From: an uncultured Methanosarcinales archaeon
Lineage (GTDB): Archaea; Nanobdellota; Nanobdellia; Woesearchaeales; GW2011-AR9
Direction: 5' to 3'
Assembly: GCA_964344235.1 (NCBI GenBank)
Contig: CAYFMJ010000001.1
Coordinates: 256,001 to 320,000 of the forward strand
DNA length: 64,000 bases
Shown: positions 27,898 through 38,263 of the stretch, in pieces
Layout: the number at the start of each line of letters is the position of its first letter
Numbering within the stretch: position 1 is the first letter of the stretch
Program-made: the position numbers and the translations under genes
Notes under the pieces: model-generated
The model's input: only the letters and a program-made list of their open reading frames with translations
Told to the model about the DNA's origin: nothing
Database searches by the model: none

Positions 27898-29123
27898 GAG
27901 AGATCACTCTCCGCTATTTGAATGATTTTGGGCATTGATGTTTCTGGGCCATGCACTTCTATAGGGATCTGTAGGTTTGTGACAGTTTCTTTGATCTGGC
28001 GTAAGCCTTGTTCGTAATTTGGGCCACCTCTTCTGACGAAAATTTTGATATTTTGTTCTTTAAGTTGTTGTGCGTGCTCTTCAATGGCTTGGATAAACCC
28101 TTTAAACGTGTCTTTAACATCAGTGAAGTTAGCGATACCACCAACGATGAAGAGAATTTTTCCATTATTCTTTAGCATCATGGAAATAATGGATTTTGCA
28201 TATTCGTATGACTCCTGTGTTGAGGGGTTACCGCTGGATTCTCCATAATTAGCGATTTGATCCCCCTTGCCAAGATTAGCAATCATATCAAGATAGATAA
28301 TACTTGCTCCGCCACCTCCAAGGACGTTCCAAATCGTTCCCTGTTGGTTGAGGACGCTTAGCTTTAACGATGCCCCACTATTTCTATCGAGGTTTTCAAT
28401 GTATTCTTCTTCTGGAAATGGTTGTTTGCCAAACTCTTTTGGAAGTTCGGGGGAGATGTGGTTCTTGAATAATGAACAGCTGTCAATCTCTGCGACAGTG
28501 TCAAGTAAGTAAATGGTGTTTGTTGCTTCTTGTATGGTGAATGGGTTAAATTCAAGATAAGTAAAGTCAAGCGTGCGGAATTGTGAGAGGGCCTCTTTAA
28601 TGAATGATTGAATTGTTGGGTTTGTCGTGAGTTGTGATAGGTTGTCTGTTGTTAGTTCAGAGAGTGTTGGTACATAGACCGTTTTCACAGCATCCCAGTT
28701 TTCTTCAATATTAATTCCTCCCGTTTCTGAGAAATGAATTGTGTCGTGATCCCGTTCTGATTTTATTGCAAGATAATATTCTTTGTCATGTGGGATGAAT
28801 GGTTCGATAATGAAATGGGTTAATGTGTCGGTTGCTTTATCGATAGTAACTTGTTTGTGTTGGTGTTCTGTGATGAATTGTTTCACTTCTTCGAATGACT
28901 TGTTTGCTAGTACAAGTCCATATTTGCCTCTCTTGCCAAATAATTGGTCTGGTTTTACAACGAGGTTTGTGCTAAGAAGCCAGGGATGTTGCTCTGGAAG
29001 TGAGGCGAGGTTGGTTTCGGGAGTAATGGCAACTAGTTTAATGGCTAATGTGAAGCAGTTTTGTAGTATGTTTTGGAGAATAATCTGCTTTGCATCGTAC
29101 TCCCTAATTTTCTTCCTAGCCAT
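27894..29123 (-). CDS. aclB: ATP-citrate lyase beta subunit
   Basis: MARKKIREYDAK, VKPDQLFGKRGK, GGGAS, NYGESSG and GGIANFT motifs. Confidence 0.93.
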   Translation of the reverse strand: MARKKIREYDAKQIILQNILQNCFTLAIKLVAITPETNLASLPEQHPWLLSTNLVVKPDQLFGKRGKYGLVLANKSFEEVKQFITEHQHKQVTIDKATDTLTHFIIEPFIPHDKEYYLAIKSERDHDTIHFSETGGINIEENWDAVKTVYVPTLSELTTDNLSQLTTNPTIQSFIKEALSQFRTLDFTYLEFNPFTIQEATNTIYLLDTVAEIDSCSLFKNHISPELPKEFGKQPFPEEEYIENLDRNSGASLKLSVLNQQGTIWNVLGGGGASIIYLDMIANLGKGDQIANYGESSGNPSTQESYEYAKSIISMMLKNNGKILFIVGGIANFTDVKDTFKGFIQAIEEHAQQLKEQNIKIFVRRGGPNYEQGLRQIKETVTNLQIPIEVHGPETSMPKIIQIAESDLS

Positions 29124-29137
29124 AGAGGATTTTTTAG

Positions 29138-29446
29138 ATGGCGTATTTAAATAGATTCTGGAAGAATGTTATGGATTCAGAAAATATTAAAAGAGAAGGG
29201 AGTTTGGGCAGTAGAATGGTTTCAGATATTGAGGCAACAATGGAGATGGTTCTGCCAGTCCTTGTAACAGATGTAATGCAAGCTCTTGAAGAGCAAGGAA
29301 AGCATCCAGAAGCGGACTTTACACAGCGGTTACGGGTGGCGTTGTTACGGGTTGTGCCTAAATATCCAGAGATTGAACAGGACGTTTGGGAACCAGGGAA
29401 GAAGCAGGCACTGATTAGTGAGTTGTGTGAGCTGATTGAATTATAA
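29138..29446 (+). CDS. Hypothetical protein
   Basis: 102-aa ORF directly before uppP; the start may be ATG 29171. Confidence 0.6.
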   Translation: MAYLNRFWKNVMDSENIKREGSLGSRMVSDIEATMEMVLPVLVTDVMQALEEQGKHPEADFTQRLRVALLRVVPKYPEIEQDVWEPGKKQALISELCELIEL

Positions 29447-29447
29447 G

Positions 29448-30206
29448 ATGGTTTCGATATTGGAAGCAATCATTTTGGGAATTGTGCAGGGAATAACAGA
29501 ATGGGTGCCGATAAGTTCTAGTGGCCATTTGGTGTTGTTTGAAACGTTATTTGGTGTACAGCAACCAATTATTTTTGATGCGGTATTACATCTAGGAAGT
29601 TTAGTAGCGGTATTATTTGTCTTCTGGAAAGATATTATGCGTTTGATTCGAGGTTTTTTCCGATGGGAGAAGTTTTATGTGCGATATGTGTTGTGGTTAG
29701 CAATAGCTTCAGTACCGATTGCAGTTGTTGGTTTATTGTTTAATACACAGATTAAAGCAGCGTTTCATAACTTAACTGTTGTAGGAATTTCATTTCTGTT
29801 TACAGCGTTAGTGTTGTTTTTATCCCGGTTTGCGCGAAGTAGTGGAAGAAAGTTGGGTTGGCGTTCTGTGATTATGATGGGAATTATGCAAGCATTTGCG
29901 TTGCTGCCAGGGGTGTCCCGTTCAGGAATGACGATTGCGACAGGGTTACGACATGGCGTAAAACAGCAGGACGTGGCTCGGTTTTCGTTTTTATTGTTTA
30001 TCCCAGCGGTTGTTGGCGCAACGGTTTTGGAGATTGGGAGTATTGGCGAGGTGACAAACGTCGTTGCATTGGGTGTTGGTACGTTGGTTACAGTTATTGT
30101 GGGAATTATCACGTTACAGTTATTGTTGAACATTATTAAGAATCAGAAATTTCATTATTTTGGTTGGTATTGTTTGGTTTTAGGAATTATAGTGTTGGTT
30201 TTGTAA
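29448..30206 (+). CDS. uppP: Undecaprenyl/polyprenyl-diphosphate phosphatase (BacA/UppP)
   Basis: GIVQGITEWVPISSSGHL and PGVSRSG motifs. Confidence 0.93.
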   Translation: MVSILEAIILGIVQGITEWVPISSSGHLVLFETLFGVQQPIIFDAVLHLGSLVAVLFVFWKDIMRLIRGFFRWEKFYVRYVLWLAIASVPIAVVGLLFNTQIKAAFHNLTVVGISFLFTALVLFLSRFARSSGRKLGWRSVIMMGIMQAFALLPGVSRSGMTIATGLRHGVKQQDVARFSFLLFIPAVVGATVLEIGSIGEVTNVVALGVGTLVTVIVGIITLQLLLNIIKNQKFHYFGWYCLVLGIIVLVL

Positions 30207-30263
30207 TTGGGCATCTTACCTCTCGTGCGCAATCTTTAAATAGCAGGGTTTTCTCTTTGTTGT

Positions 30264-30857
30264 ATGGGCAGGAAGAAGCGATTTAAAGTTGATTCTAAGA
30301 AGGCTATGGCGTGGTTTGTCATTTTCATCATGGCTTTTGGGGTTCTCGGTTTAGTTGGCGGGGGACTTGTCGGCTTAGGCAATGGTCAGGATTCTGCATA
30401 TGGTGTGGAGGAGTATAACGGTTTTACGTTTACAAGAGATTATAATCATCAATGGATTGTGGAAGTCAATGGACAGAATTTTGGGTTTAGCTATTTCCCA
30501 ACAGAATTAGAAAATATTATTTTGCCCGAGACAATGTCTGGTGTACTGGGTGCTGAGAAAGTGTATCTTGGTTTTATGCCAGAGGATGAAATCGATGTGA
30601 CATTGTATCGAAATGTGTTGCGGTCAGTGCTGGCGTTACGGGGCAAATTTGCTCCCGATGCGTGTATGGTAGATGAGGGGTGTGGTGATCTTCCGCTGCT
30701 GGATTGTGAAGTAAGCGAAGGGATTGTGTTACAGCATAGTGAGGATGTCGTGTTGAGTTCTGAGGGCAAATGCGTGGTTGTTGAAGCACCAAATGCATTT
30801 GAGTTGCAGAAAATAACAGAAAGGATTATATATACGTTTCTTGGTGTGATGAATTAG
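30264..30857 (+). CDS. Membrane-anchored extracellular hypothetical protein
   Basis: Basic N-terminus, one TM and a Cys-containing extracellular domain. Confidence 0.7.
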   Translation: MGRKKRFKVDSKKAMAWFVIFIMAFGVLGLVGGGLVGLGNGQDSAYGVEEYNGFTFTRDYNHQWIVEVNGQNFGFSYFPTELENIILPETMSGVLGAEKVYLGFMPEDEIDVTLYRNVLRSVLALRGKFAPDACMVDEGCGDLPLLDCEVSEGIVLQHSEDVVLSSEGKCVVVEAPNAFELQKITERIIYTFLGVMN

Positions 30858-30868
30858 GGTGGTTTTAC

Positions 30869-33643
30869 GTGGATGATTCTGAAATCCGTGAAAAGAGAGA
30901 GAAATTAGTACAAAATTTTAAAGGTTTCTTTAGTTCTGCCAGTGAGAATGAAGCTGATCTTAAAGAACAACGGGAAAAAGTTATAGGTACTCTAAAACAG
31001 AAAACACATTGGCTGATTGGTTTAGTATTGGTAGGAATTATCTGGTTTACTTCAAAGTTGCGATTACAAAACTTACCTCTTCTGAAAGATATTACAACGG
31101 GAAAAGAAGTGCCACTGGCGCTGGATCCACATCTATTTTTGAAATACGCACGGCAAATTGTTGAGAATGGAGCGATGGTTGCACATGATGCTGCACGGTT
31201 TGTTCCAGTAGGGACGTCCACAGTGAATTATGTGTTTATGAGTTCATTTATTGCGTATTTGTATAAATTTATTCATTTCTTTTTCCCGTCTGTGACGTTG
31301 GAATATGTTACAGTTATTTATCCTGTTATCTGTTTTGCAATAGCGTTGGGCTTCTTCTTTTTACTTGTGAGAAGATTATTTGATTGGAAAGTGGGTTTGC
31401 TAGCAACTCTATTCTTAGGGGTTGTACCTGCGTTTTTACACAGAACGATGGCTGGTTTCTCTGACCACGAGGCGTTAGGTGTTATGCTGATGTTTATGGC
31501 GATGTATTTCTATGTGTTGGGTTGGCAGGCAAAAGGTATGAAGAAGACACTTGGGTGGGGTGTTTTAGCTGGATTGTTTACAGGTTTCATGGGTCTAACG
31601 TGGGGTGGTTGGAAGTTCTTAATCTTGATCATTAGTATCTTTGTGTTGATTGAATTTTTCTTCGATAAGATTGGGAAAAAAGATGTATATCAATATGTGG
31701 CGTGGGTTGTTGCTCTTGTTCTTGTGACAACAGTGTGGATCCCAATGTTTAGTATTAGTTTATTGTTGAGTTCGTTTACTACGGGGATTGCGTTTTTGGT
31801 ATTATTTATGTTGTTAGTTCATTTGGCTATTGTGAAGTATAATGTGTTAAGGATTAAGCAAAAGGTTGCAGGGAAAATGCCATTAAGTGTGGCGACGTTT
31901 GTGATTAGTTTTGTGTTGGGAATTCTGTTACTTGGAGTGATTGTAGGACCAAGTGCGCTTTCTCATAAAGTAGAAGAGATTAGTGACAATTTATTACATC
32001 CATTAGGAAATGATCGATGGCAATTAACGGTAGCGGAACAACACCAACCATATTTCGTTGATTGGGTAGCACAGTTTGGCCCGAACTGGTTCTCTGTGCC
32101 GTTGTTCTTAACATTGTTTATTGTTGGGTCAGTTATTTTATTTCATGCAATGGTGCGGCGTAATAAGAATAGTTCTTTGTTAACGGGCGCGTATGTGTTA
32201 TTTATCTTAGCATTTATCTTAAGTAGACACTCTGCAGGTAGCATATTTAATGGGGAAAGTACGATTTCAAAAGTTGTATACTTAGGAAGTTTAGCTGTGT
32301 TTGCATTGCTGGCAGTGATATTTTACTTTAAGTCGTTCTATAAAAACCAAGAAGAGTACGAAAAGATTTTAGCATGGGAGAAGAAGTTTATTTTTGTATT
32401 AGTGTGGTTCTTAATTATGGTAATTGCAGCTCGTGGAGCTGTTCGGTTGTTGTTTATTTTCGCCCCAATTACAGCATTAATGGCGGCGTATGCAGTTGTA
32501 CGTTTAGGGGAGATGGCGTGGAATGTTAAGACGCAGGTGTGGAAGTATGTTGCGTTGACCGTTTTAGTGTTGGTTGTATTTAGTCCGTTTGCATTTCCTG
32601 CACAGGGAATTGTTCCGCAATTTACTGAAACGACGTCATCACAAGCAAAGTTTTCCGGTCCATCGTATAACCAACAGTGGCAGGTAACTGGAAGTTGGGT
32701 ACGAGAGAATGTTCCTGAAGATGCGGTGTTTGGTCATTGGTGGGATTATGGGTATTGGGTGCAGAATGGTTTTGGAAAAGCTACAGTATTAGATGGAGCG
32801 AATAAAATTAAATATTGGAATTATTTGATGGGAAGACATGTTTTAACAGCACAAACACAGGAAGAAGCTCTTGAATTTTTGAAAGTACATGACACGACAC
32901 ACTACTTGATTGTTTCTGACGAGATTGGGAAATATACAGCGTACTCAAGCATTGGTTCTGACGAGAATTTTGACCGGTTTAGTTGGATTAATGTCTTTGG
33001 GTTGAATCCACAGGGAACGCAGGAGACTCGTGATAAAACAATTCTCATGTACCAAGGGGGTTATGCTCTTGATGATGATTTTGTCTGGGAGGGAAAAGTA
33101 TATCCTCGCCAAGGTGCAGGAATTGGAGCAGTGTTCTTACCGATGCAGCAGGTTGAACAGGTTGTTAATGGTGAAGCCGTTCTTACGGGGACGTTTGAGC
33201 AGCCAATGATTGCATTGGTTCATGGGAATGAAAGAGTTGATTTACCTCTAGAATGTATTTATGTTAATGGGCAGATGATCTACTTTGAGCAGCCAGGATA
33301 TAACGGTTGTTTCAGACTCATGCCAACTTTAGCAGGTGATGGGAGTGTGGAGAATCCAATTGGCGCAGGTTTATTTGTTTCTGAGGAAGGTGTTAAAGCA
33401 CTGTGGACGAATTTGTATATTTTCGAAGGAAATAACCCTCGCTACGATACGTCAGCATTTGAGTTGATATATGGGGAAGATGGAGTTTATGCACCTTTGT
33501 CGTTGTATCAGAGTAGGATTGTTGGACCTCAGAAGATTTGGCAAATTAATTATCCTGCAGGGTTTACGGTTGATGAAGAGACAACTGCGAAGTATCTTGG
33601 TGGGAATGAATTATTGCCAGGTTATTTCTATGATGTTAATTAG
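30869..33643 (+). CDS. aglB: Oligosaccharyltransferase AglB (STT3 family)
   Basis: About 13 TMs, DP, DHE, TVAE (TIXE), WWDYG and DEIGK (DXXK) motifs. Confidence 0.95.
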   Translation: MDDSEIREKREKLVQNFKGFFSSASENEADLKEQREKVIGTLKQKTHWLIGLVLVGIIWFTSKLRLQNLPLLKDITTGKEVPLALDPHLFLKYARQIVENGAMVAHDAARFVPVGTSTVNYVFMSSFIAYLYKFIHFFFPSVTLEYVTVIYPVICFAIALGFFFLLVRRLFDWKVGLLATLFLGVVPAFLHRTMAGFSDHEALGVMLMFMAMYFYVLGWQAKGMKKTLGWGVLAGLFTGFMGLTWGGWKFLILIISIFVLIEFFFDKIGKKDVYQYVAWVVALVLVTTVWIPMFSISLLLSSFTTGIAFLVLFMLLVHLAIVKYNVLRIKQKVAGKMPLSVATFVISFVLGILLLGVIVGPSALSHKVEEISDNLLHPLGNDRWQLTVAEQHQPYFVDWVAQFGPNWFSVPLFLTLFIVGSVILFHAMVRRNKNSSLLTGAYVLFILAFILSRHSAGSIFNGESTISKVVYLGSLAVFALLAVIFYFKSFYKNQEEYEKILAWEKKFIFVLVWFLIMVIAARGAVRLLFIFAPITALMAAYAVVRLGEMAWNVKTQVWKYVALTVLVLVVFSPFAFPAQGIVPQFTETTSSQAKFSGPSYNQQWQVTGSWVRENVPEDAVFGHWWDYGYWVQNGFGKATVLDGANKIKYWNYLMGRHVLTAQTQEEALEFLKVHDTTHYLIVSDEIGKYTAYSSIGSDENFDRFSWINVFGLNPQGTQETRDKTILMYQGGYALDDDFVWEGKVYPRQGAGIGAVFLPMQQVEQVVNGEAVLTGTFEQPMIALVHGNERVDLPLECIYVNGQMIYFEQPGYNGCFRLMPTLAGDGSVENPIGAGLFVSEEGVKALWTNLYIFEGNNPRYDTSAFELIYGEDGVYAPLSLYQSRIVGPQKIWQINYPAGFTVDEETTAKYLGGNELLPGYFYDVN

Positions 33644-33658
33644 AGTTTATTGAGAGAA

Positions 33659-34366
33659 TTATGTTGTTTTCTTCTTCCCTACCACAATTACGTTAAAACA
33701 CCAGTTGGGGAAGACTTGAAATGGTTTGAGAAGAAAGTATAGCCATCCGGTGTACTGGGGAAAGAGTTGTGTGAGTTGGAACAAAACAGGTATGGTTGCT
33801 GAGAGTCCGTGTTTCGCTTCGATTGTTTGATGCTTTTCCAGCATTCTATAATATTCCCAAATCGGCCTATCGCCGGGATGGTAGGAAACTTTGGCAGTGC
33901 GTAATAATCTCCCGAGAAACATGAATGAAAATCGTGATGACAAATGGGCAAGATTAGGAATACTCCAAATCATTTTTCCAGATGGTCTAAGGATACGTGT
34001 CAGTTCTTTGACAAGTGTTTCTTGTTGGTCTAATTGGAAATGTTCTATTACATCCAGGCATAGGATTATATCGAAGCTGTTATCTTCAAAGGAATTGTTG
34101 AGGATATCATCTTGCTTCACGTATTCTGAGCCATAAAATGCGTCAATACCAATTATGTCGTAGCCTTTGTCTTTGAAGTGTTGAACGAGTAACCCCTGAC
34201 CGCAACCAGCGTCAAGAATTTTTGTGTCTTTTGGCAGTGTGTTAAGAAATGATGTGATGTATTTCATCTTCGCGACGAATGTGTGGCGGTAAGACCATTT
34301 CTTGAACGTCCATTGTGGGTTGATTTTCTTGAGGTGTTCCCCCGAGTAAAGTTTTTCGTAGTTCAT
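33659..34366 (-). CDS. Class I SAM-dependent methyltransferase
   Basis: LDAGCGQG, GID and FDIILCLDVIEH motifs. Confidence 0.88.
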   Translation of the reverse strand: MNYEKLYSGEHLKKINPQWTFKKWSYRHTFVAKMKYITSFLNTLPKDTKILDAGCGQGLLVQHFKDKGYDIIGIDAFYGSEYVKQDDILNNSFEDNSFDIILCLDVIEHFQLDQQETLVKELTRILRPSGKMIWSIPNLAHLSSRFSFMFLGRLLRTAKVSYHPGDRPIWEYYRMLEKHQTIEAKHGLSATIPVLFQLTQLFPQYTGWLYFLLKPFQVFPNWCFNVIVVGKKKTT

Positions 34367-34385
34367 TGTGTTTGTAGAATAAAAT

Positions 34386-36098
34386 TCACTTCTCCTCGCT
34401 TAATACGTTAATTTGCGTGCCGGGAAGAACACCTTTGTTTTGTTTGTGGATGGAGTAGTTTTTTCGAAGAAAGTTGTATATGTGCTTTCCGAGACGCGTT
34501 CCCATAGCGATACCTCGTAATTTTATGTACCGATCGTTATCTCGGGCAATCCAGTAGATTAGGGTGCCCAGTTTCTTGCCAAACCGATATTGTAAAAATG
34601 ATTTGTTGAACACTGCACGGCCTTTCTTTAATGCTTTCACCCGCTCTTTGAAACGGAATTCTCGTGTTTCATAGACTGGCTGGCCGATTTTTGTGGTGGT
34701 GTCTTTCAGGTACTCCTCTGGTTGCCGTAAGAAGCGGGCGCGTCCAGTTTTTTCTTGTTCTCGAATCCATTTATACACATCTGTTCCAGGATAGGGGATC
34801 ATGTTTGAGAACATTGCATAGTCGCAGGTTTTGAGGATTTTCTTCGCAAATTTCACGGAATCGAGCGCTCGTTCATAGGTTTCTTCAGGATGGCCAACAA
34901 TAAAGTTAACAGCATGTTTCAAGCCAACTTTCTTTGTTAGGGCAGATGTTTCTTCAATTTTTTTGAGTGTGGTTGCTTTCTTAATTGTTTTAAGAATGTA
35001 GGGGTTACCTGTCTCTAACCCATAGGAAACGAAGACGCAACCCGCTTGTTTCATTAATGTAAGGAGTTCTTCATCAACCCTGTCTGCTCGAATGCCGTTT
35101 GCACAGTTCCAGTCAAACCTCATGCCGCTATCGATAATCATGCGGCAGACTTGTTTTGCTCGCTTAATGTCCATGGTAAAGACATCATCAACGAATTCAA
35201 AGAACCTGTATCCTTTATCGTACCAATGCTTGATCTCCGCTAAAATGTGGTCTGGTCCTCGTGGCCGGAAGGCTTGTCCCATACTTACTTTTACGTCGCA
35301 AAATGTACAACTATACGGACAACCCCGTGAAGTTTCGATCGGGAGCCGCTTATCTACGTAGTGAATATACTTTGGAAGTTCAAATTTCTCATACGCAGGG
35401 TAGGGAAGTTCGTCCAGTTGCCAGTTTAATTTTCTAATTTGGTTTTCAATAATTTGCCCTTTGCCATCTCTCCAAATTAGACTTTTAATTTTGCCTAGTG
35501 GCCAGCCTGCACAAAGTTGGAAGAGAGGGATTTCTCCATCTCTTGTGATGCCGAAGTCAGCATTGGTTTTTTCCAGTGCTTCTCCTTTAACTGTTGAGAT
35601 GTGGGCTCCACCAAGAATTAATGGGAGTTTGGTTCTTGTTTTAATTTCATTAATGACTTTATAGGTTCGCACGAAGTCGAAGCTAAACATTGTTACGCCA
35701 ATAAGATCGGCTTTGAACTCTTCAGCTTTCTTTACAATGTCATCGATGTTGTAGCCAAGTTGTTGATCGATGACTGCGGTTTCAAAACCTTCGCGATCAA
35801 GATAGGCCATTAACATTGCTATCCCTAAATGGGGATTGAGTGCTTTTCCATACGCGGCAGAAACGTTAGTAACAACGAAGAGAATCCTGTTAAAACGGCG
35901 TTTGTACTCCGGACGTTTAACATCTTCTTCGTTCTGTGGAACGTATTGTGATTTGATTTTTTCTTGCGCTGCTTTGATTTTCTCAAGAATTGCTTCTTTT
36001 TCAGAATCTGGTTTGTTTGAACTAGGGATTCCGGTGAGGTTTTCTGTAGAAGAATCTTGTGGTACAGTTGCTGTTTCTGGAGGAGTCATGAGAATCAC
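34386..36098 (-). CDS. B12-binding radical SAM protein
   Basis: B12-binding-like N-domain (HLGIAML, GGAH), SRGCPYSCTFC, DDVF and GLETG motifs; probable start ATG 36089. Confidence 0.9.
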   Translation of the reverse strand: MILMTPPETATVPQDSSTENLTGIPSSNKPDSEKEAILEKIKAAQEKIKSQYVPQNEEDVKRPEYKRRFNRILFVVTNVSAAYGKALNPHLGIAMLMAYLDREGFETAVIDQQLGYNIDDIVKKAEEFKADLIGVTMFSFDFVRTYKVINEIKTRTKLPLILGGAHISTVKGEALEKTNADFGITRDGEIPLFQLCAGWPLGKIKSLIWRDGKGQIIENQIRKLNWQLDELPYPAYEKFELPKYIHYVDKRLPIETSRGCPYSCTFCDVKVSMGQAFRPRGPDHILAEIKHWYDKGYRFFEFVDDVFTMDIKRAKQVCRMIIDSGMRFDWNCANGIRADRVDEELLTLMKQAGCVFVSYGLETGNPYILKTIKKATTLKKIEETSALTKKVGLKHAVNFIVGHPEETYERALDSVKFAKKILKTCDYAMFSNMIPYPGTDVYKWIREQEKTGRARFLRQPEEYLKDTTTKIGQPVYETREFRFKERVKALKKGRAVFNKSFLQYRFGKKLGTLIYWIARDNDRYIKLRGIAMGTRLGKHIYNFLRKNYSIHKQNKGVLPGTQINVLSEEK

Positions 36099-36216
36099 AC
36101 CTATTGATTACGAATTATGGTTTAACCCACCTATTTTGTTGTGTGGAAGCTCGGTGTTTAGACCGTTTAAATAGTTTACGGATGTTTTTTTAATGAAATG
36201 TGTTTTTGTGTGCAGA

Positions 36217-36489
36217 ATGGAGAAGAAATATCGGCTTGTATATCGGAAGAGTGAATGTATTGGAGCAGGAGCGTGTGAAGCAGCGTACCCCGAAGCGTGG
36301 TTTTTTGATAAAGAAACAAGTATTGCGACATTGAAGTCGGAGAAGACGATAAGAACCGATGAGCGAGAGGAGTTGGAGTTTGGCCAGGAAGAGTTTGATA
36401 AATTCTTAGAATCAGCACAAGTGTGTCCTGTAATGATTATTGAGGTGTTTGATCAGGAGACGGGGAAGCGGGTTTTTCCTGAGGAGTAA
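36217..36489 (+). CDS. Ferredoxin (3Fe-4S/single-cluster type)
   Basis: CIGAGACEAAYPE...AQVCPVMII. Confidence 0.85.
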   Translation: MEKKYRLVYRKSECIGAGACEAAYPEAWFFDKETSIATLKSEKTIRTDEREELEFGQEEFDKFLESAQVCPVMIIEVFDQETGKRVFPEE

Positions 36490-37741
36490 CTGGTGGGTTG
36501 TTGTTTTGTATTCGTAATTTCTTAATTCCATAAATGTTTAGTGCGATTTTTATGATAATAGTGATCGCTGTAGCGATTGGAGCTCCAATGATGCCCCATG
36601 CTGAAATGAGTAAGACGTTGAGTAATGTGTTGATAATCAGTGAGATTGCGAAGTCTGCTACGAGAATTTTCATGTACAGTGGAGAGTATTCGTTTTCTCC
36701 CACAAAAATAGAGTTGAAGTAGGAGTAAAGAACAAGAAGTGTTGAGGAAATAACTAGCGCAATTGGTAAGTATGTTGCGGAGTAGCCTGCACCATATAAA
36801 ATCGGAACGAGGATGTAGCTTCCTGCCAAAACGAGAAGTGCGAATGGGATAAGTAATTTGAAGATTCTTTTAAGAGATTGTTTTAACCTATAATGATGAA
36901 TTGCAGCCATCGGCACAACGACCATCGGAAAGACATAGCCCAGTAATCGGATGGTGTTAGTGATAGAACCGTATGCTGAATACAAACCAAGACTGGTGAA
37001 ATCAACGAGGTATTTAATCGTGATGGCGTCAGCAAAGCGAAGTGAGTAGAAGCTTACCTGCATTAGGAATAATGAGAGGGCGAGGATGAAGAATTTCTTG
37101 AAAGGTGTTGATTGTTGTAATTGTGGTTTGGGAAAATGTTTGAGAATTTGTGGAATGCTGGCAACGGTTGCAATGAGGAGTGCTATGGAAAAGCTGATGA
37201 GAACATAGGTGAATGGGAAAAGATACAATGCAAGTAAGACGATGAATAGTATGACAAATATCCTGTTGAGTAATGAGTACATGGAAGCACTGACAAATTT
37301 CTGCCAACCACGTAGTATGTTGTAGGAGATGTAATGGAGTGTGTAGAACACTATGTAGAGAGTAAATGCGAGGTTGAAATATGGAAGTTGTGGGTTAAGA
37401 TGGGTATATGTAGTGATGGTTATGGTGATCAGGATGAAGAAAATCGTAAATGGAGTTAAGAGGGTGAGTGCGTGTCTCAGTGAATTTCGTAATCGATGTG
37501 GGTTTTTGATAATAATTTGAGTGATTGCATCAGGAATACCAAAGGAGGTGAATAAAAACACGAGGCTCACAAGGCTGAAGAAGTATGTGAAAATTCCTAA
37601 TTCTTCTTGTCCGTAGAGGCGGGCAATAAGAATTTTTATGAAGATGATGGTTAAGGCAATAAACCCATAGATGAAGAATGTTTTGAATAAATGGGCGCGT
37701 GTTTCGCCACCAAGAGTGAGTTTTTTAATTTTTTGAATCAT
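36437..37741 (-). CDS. Polysaccharide/oligosaccharide flippase (Wzx/MATE-like)
   Basis: About 12-14 TMs; LGIFTY, GLYSAY and WGIIGAPIAT patterns. Confidence 0.85.
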   Translation of the reverse strand: MIQKIKKLTLGGETRAHLFKTFFIYGFIALTIIFIKILIARLYGQEELGIFTYFFSLVSLVFLFTSFGIPDAITQIIIKNPHRLRNSLRHALTLLTPFTIFFILITITITTYTHLNPQLPYFNLAFTLYIVFYTLHYISYNILRGWQKFVSASMYSLLNRIFVILFIVLLALYLFPFTYVLISFSIALLIATVASIPQILKHFPKPQLQQSTPFKKFFILALSLFLMQVSFYSLRFADAITIKYLVDFTSLGLYSAYGSITNTIRLLGYVFPMVVVPMAAIHHYRLKQSLKRIFKLLIPFALLVLAGSYILVPILYGAGYSATYLPIALVISSTLLVLYSYFNSIFVGENEYSPLYMKILVADFAISLIINTLLNVLLISAWGIIGAPIATAITIIIKIALNIYGIKKLRIQNNNPPVTPQEKPASPSPDQTPQ

Positions 37742-37755
37742 CTGTTGTTATTCTG

Positions 37756-38241
37756 TTATTCTCTTTTTGTTTTTCTAGTTTTTGTTTTTGCAAGGAATGA
37801 ATGGATTTCTTCATGAATAGTGTGGGGTGTGGGCGAGTATGAGGCAAAGTTGTGTGTCTCGGCTTTCTGAATACACTCAGCGAGTTGTTGTGGTGTGTCA
37901 CAATATAGTAGGCCGTCTGTTTCTTGTGCAATGGCTTGCAGAAACTCTACTTGGTGGCGCGGATCAGTTCTGTTTCTGTTGGGGATACCAATTAATTTCT
38001 TTCCCATTTTGAGAATTTCAAAGATACAACCGGGTCCACCGTGACTGATGATTACGTCTGCTTGCTGTTCATACTTTGTTAATGGTGCTTCAAACGTAAA
38101 CCAGTTGCAATGTTGTGGTTTGTATTCTCCATGGCCGAGTTGGATAAGAACGTCGTCTTTGATAACTCCCGTGGATTTTAATCTATCAATCTCTTTGACG
38201 AGTTCTTCAAATTTTCCGTTTCCTACTGTGACGAAGAGCAT
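37756..38241 (-). CDS. Alg13/PssE-like glycosyltransferase catalytic subunit
   Basis: MLFVTVG, ISHGGPG and HQVE (GT28 C-terminal) motifs. Confidence 0.88.
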   Translation of the reverse strand: MLFVTVGNGKFEELVKEIDRLKSTGVIKDDVLIQLGHGEYKPQHCNWFTFEAPLTKYEQQADVIISHGGPGCIFEILKMGKKLIGIPNRNRTDPRHQVEFLQAIAQETDGLLYCDTPQQLAECIQKAETHNFASYSPTPHTIHEEIHSFLAKTKTRKTKRE

Positions 38242-38263
38242 TGTGTTGAATGTCTGATGGGGA

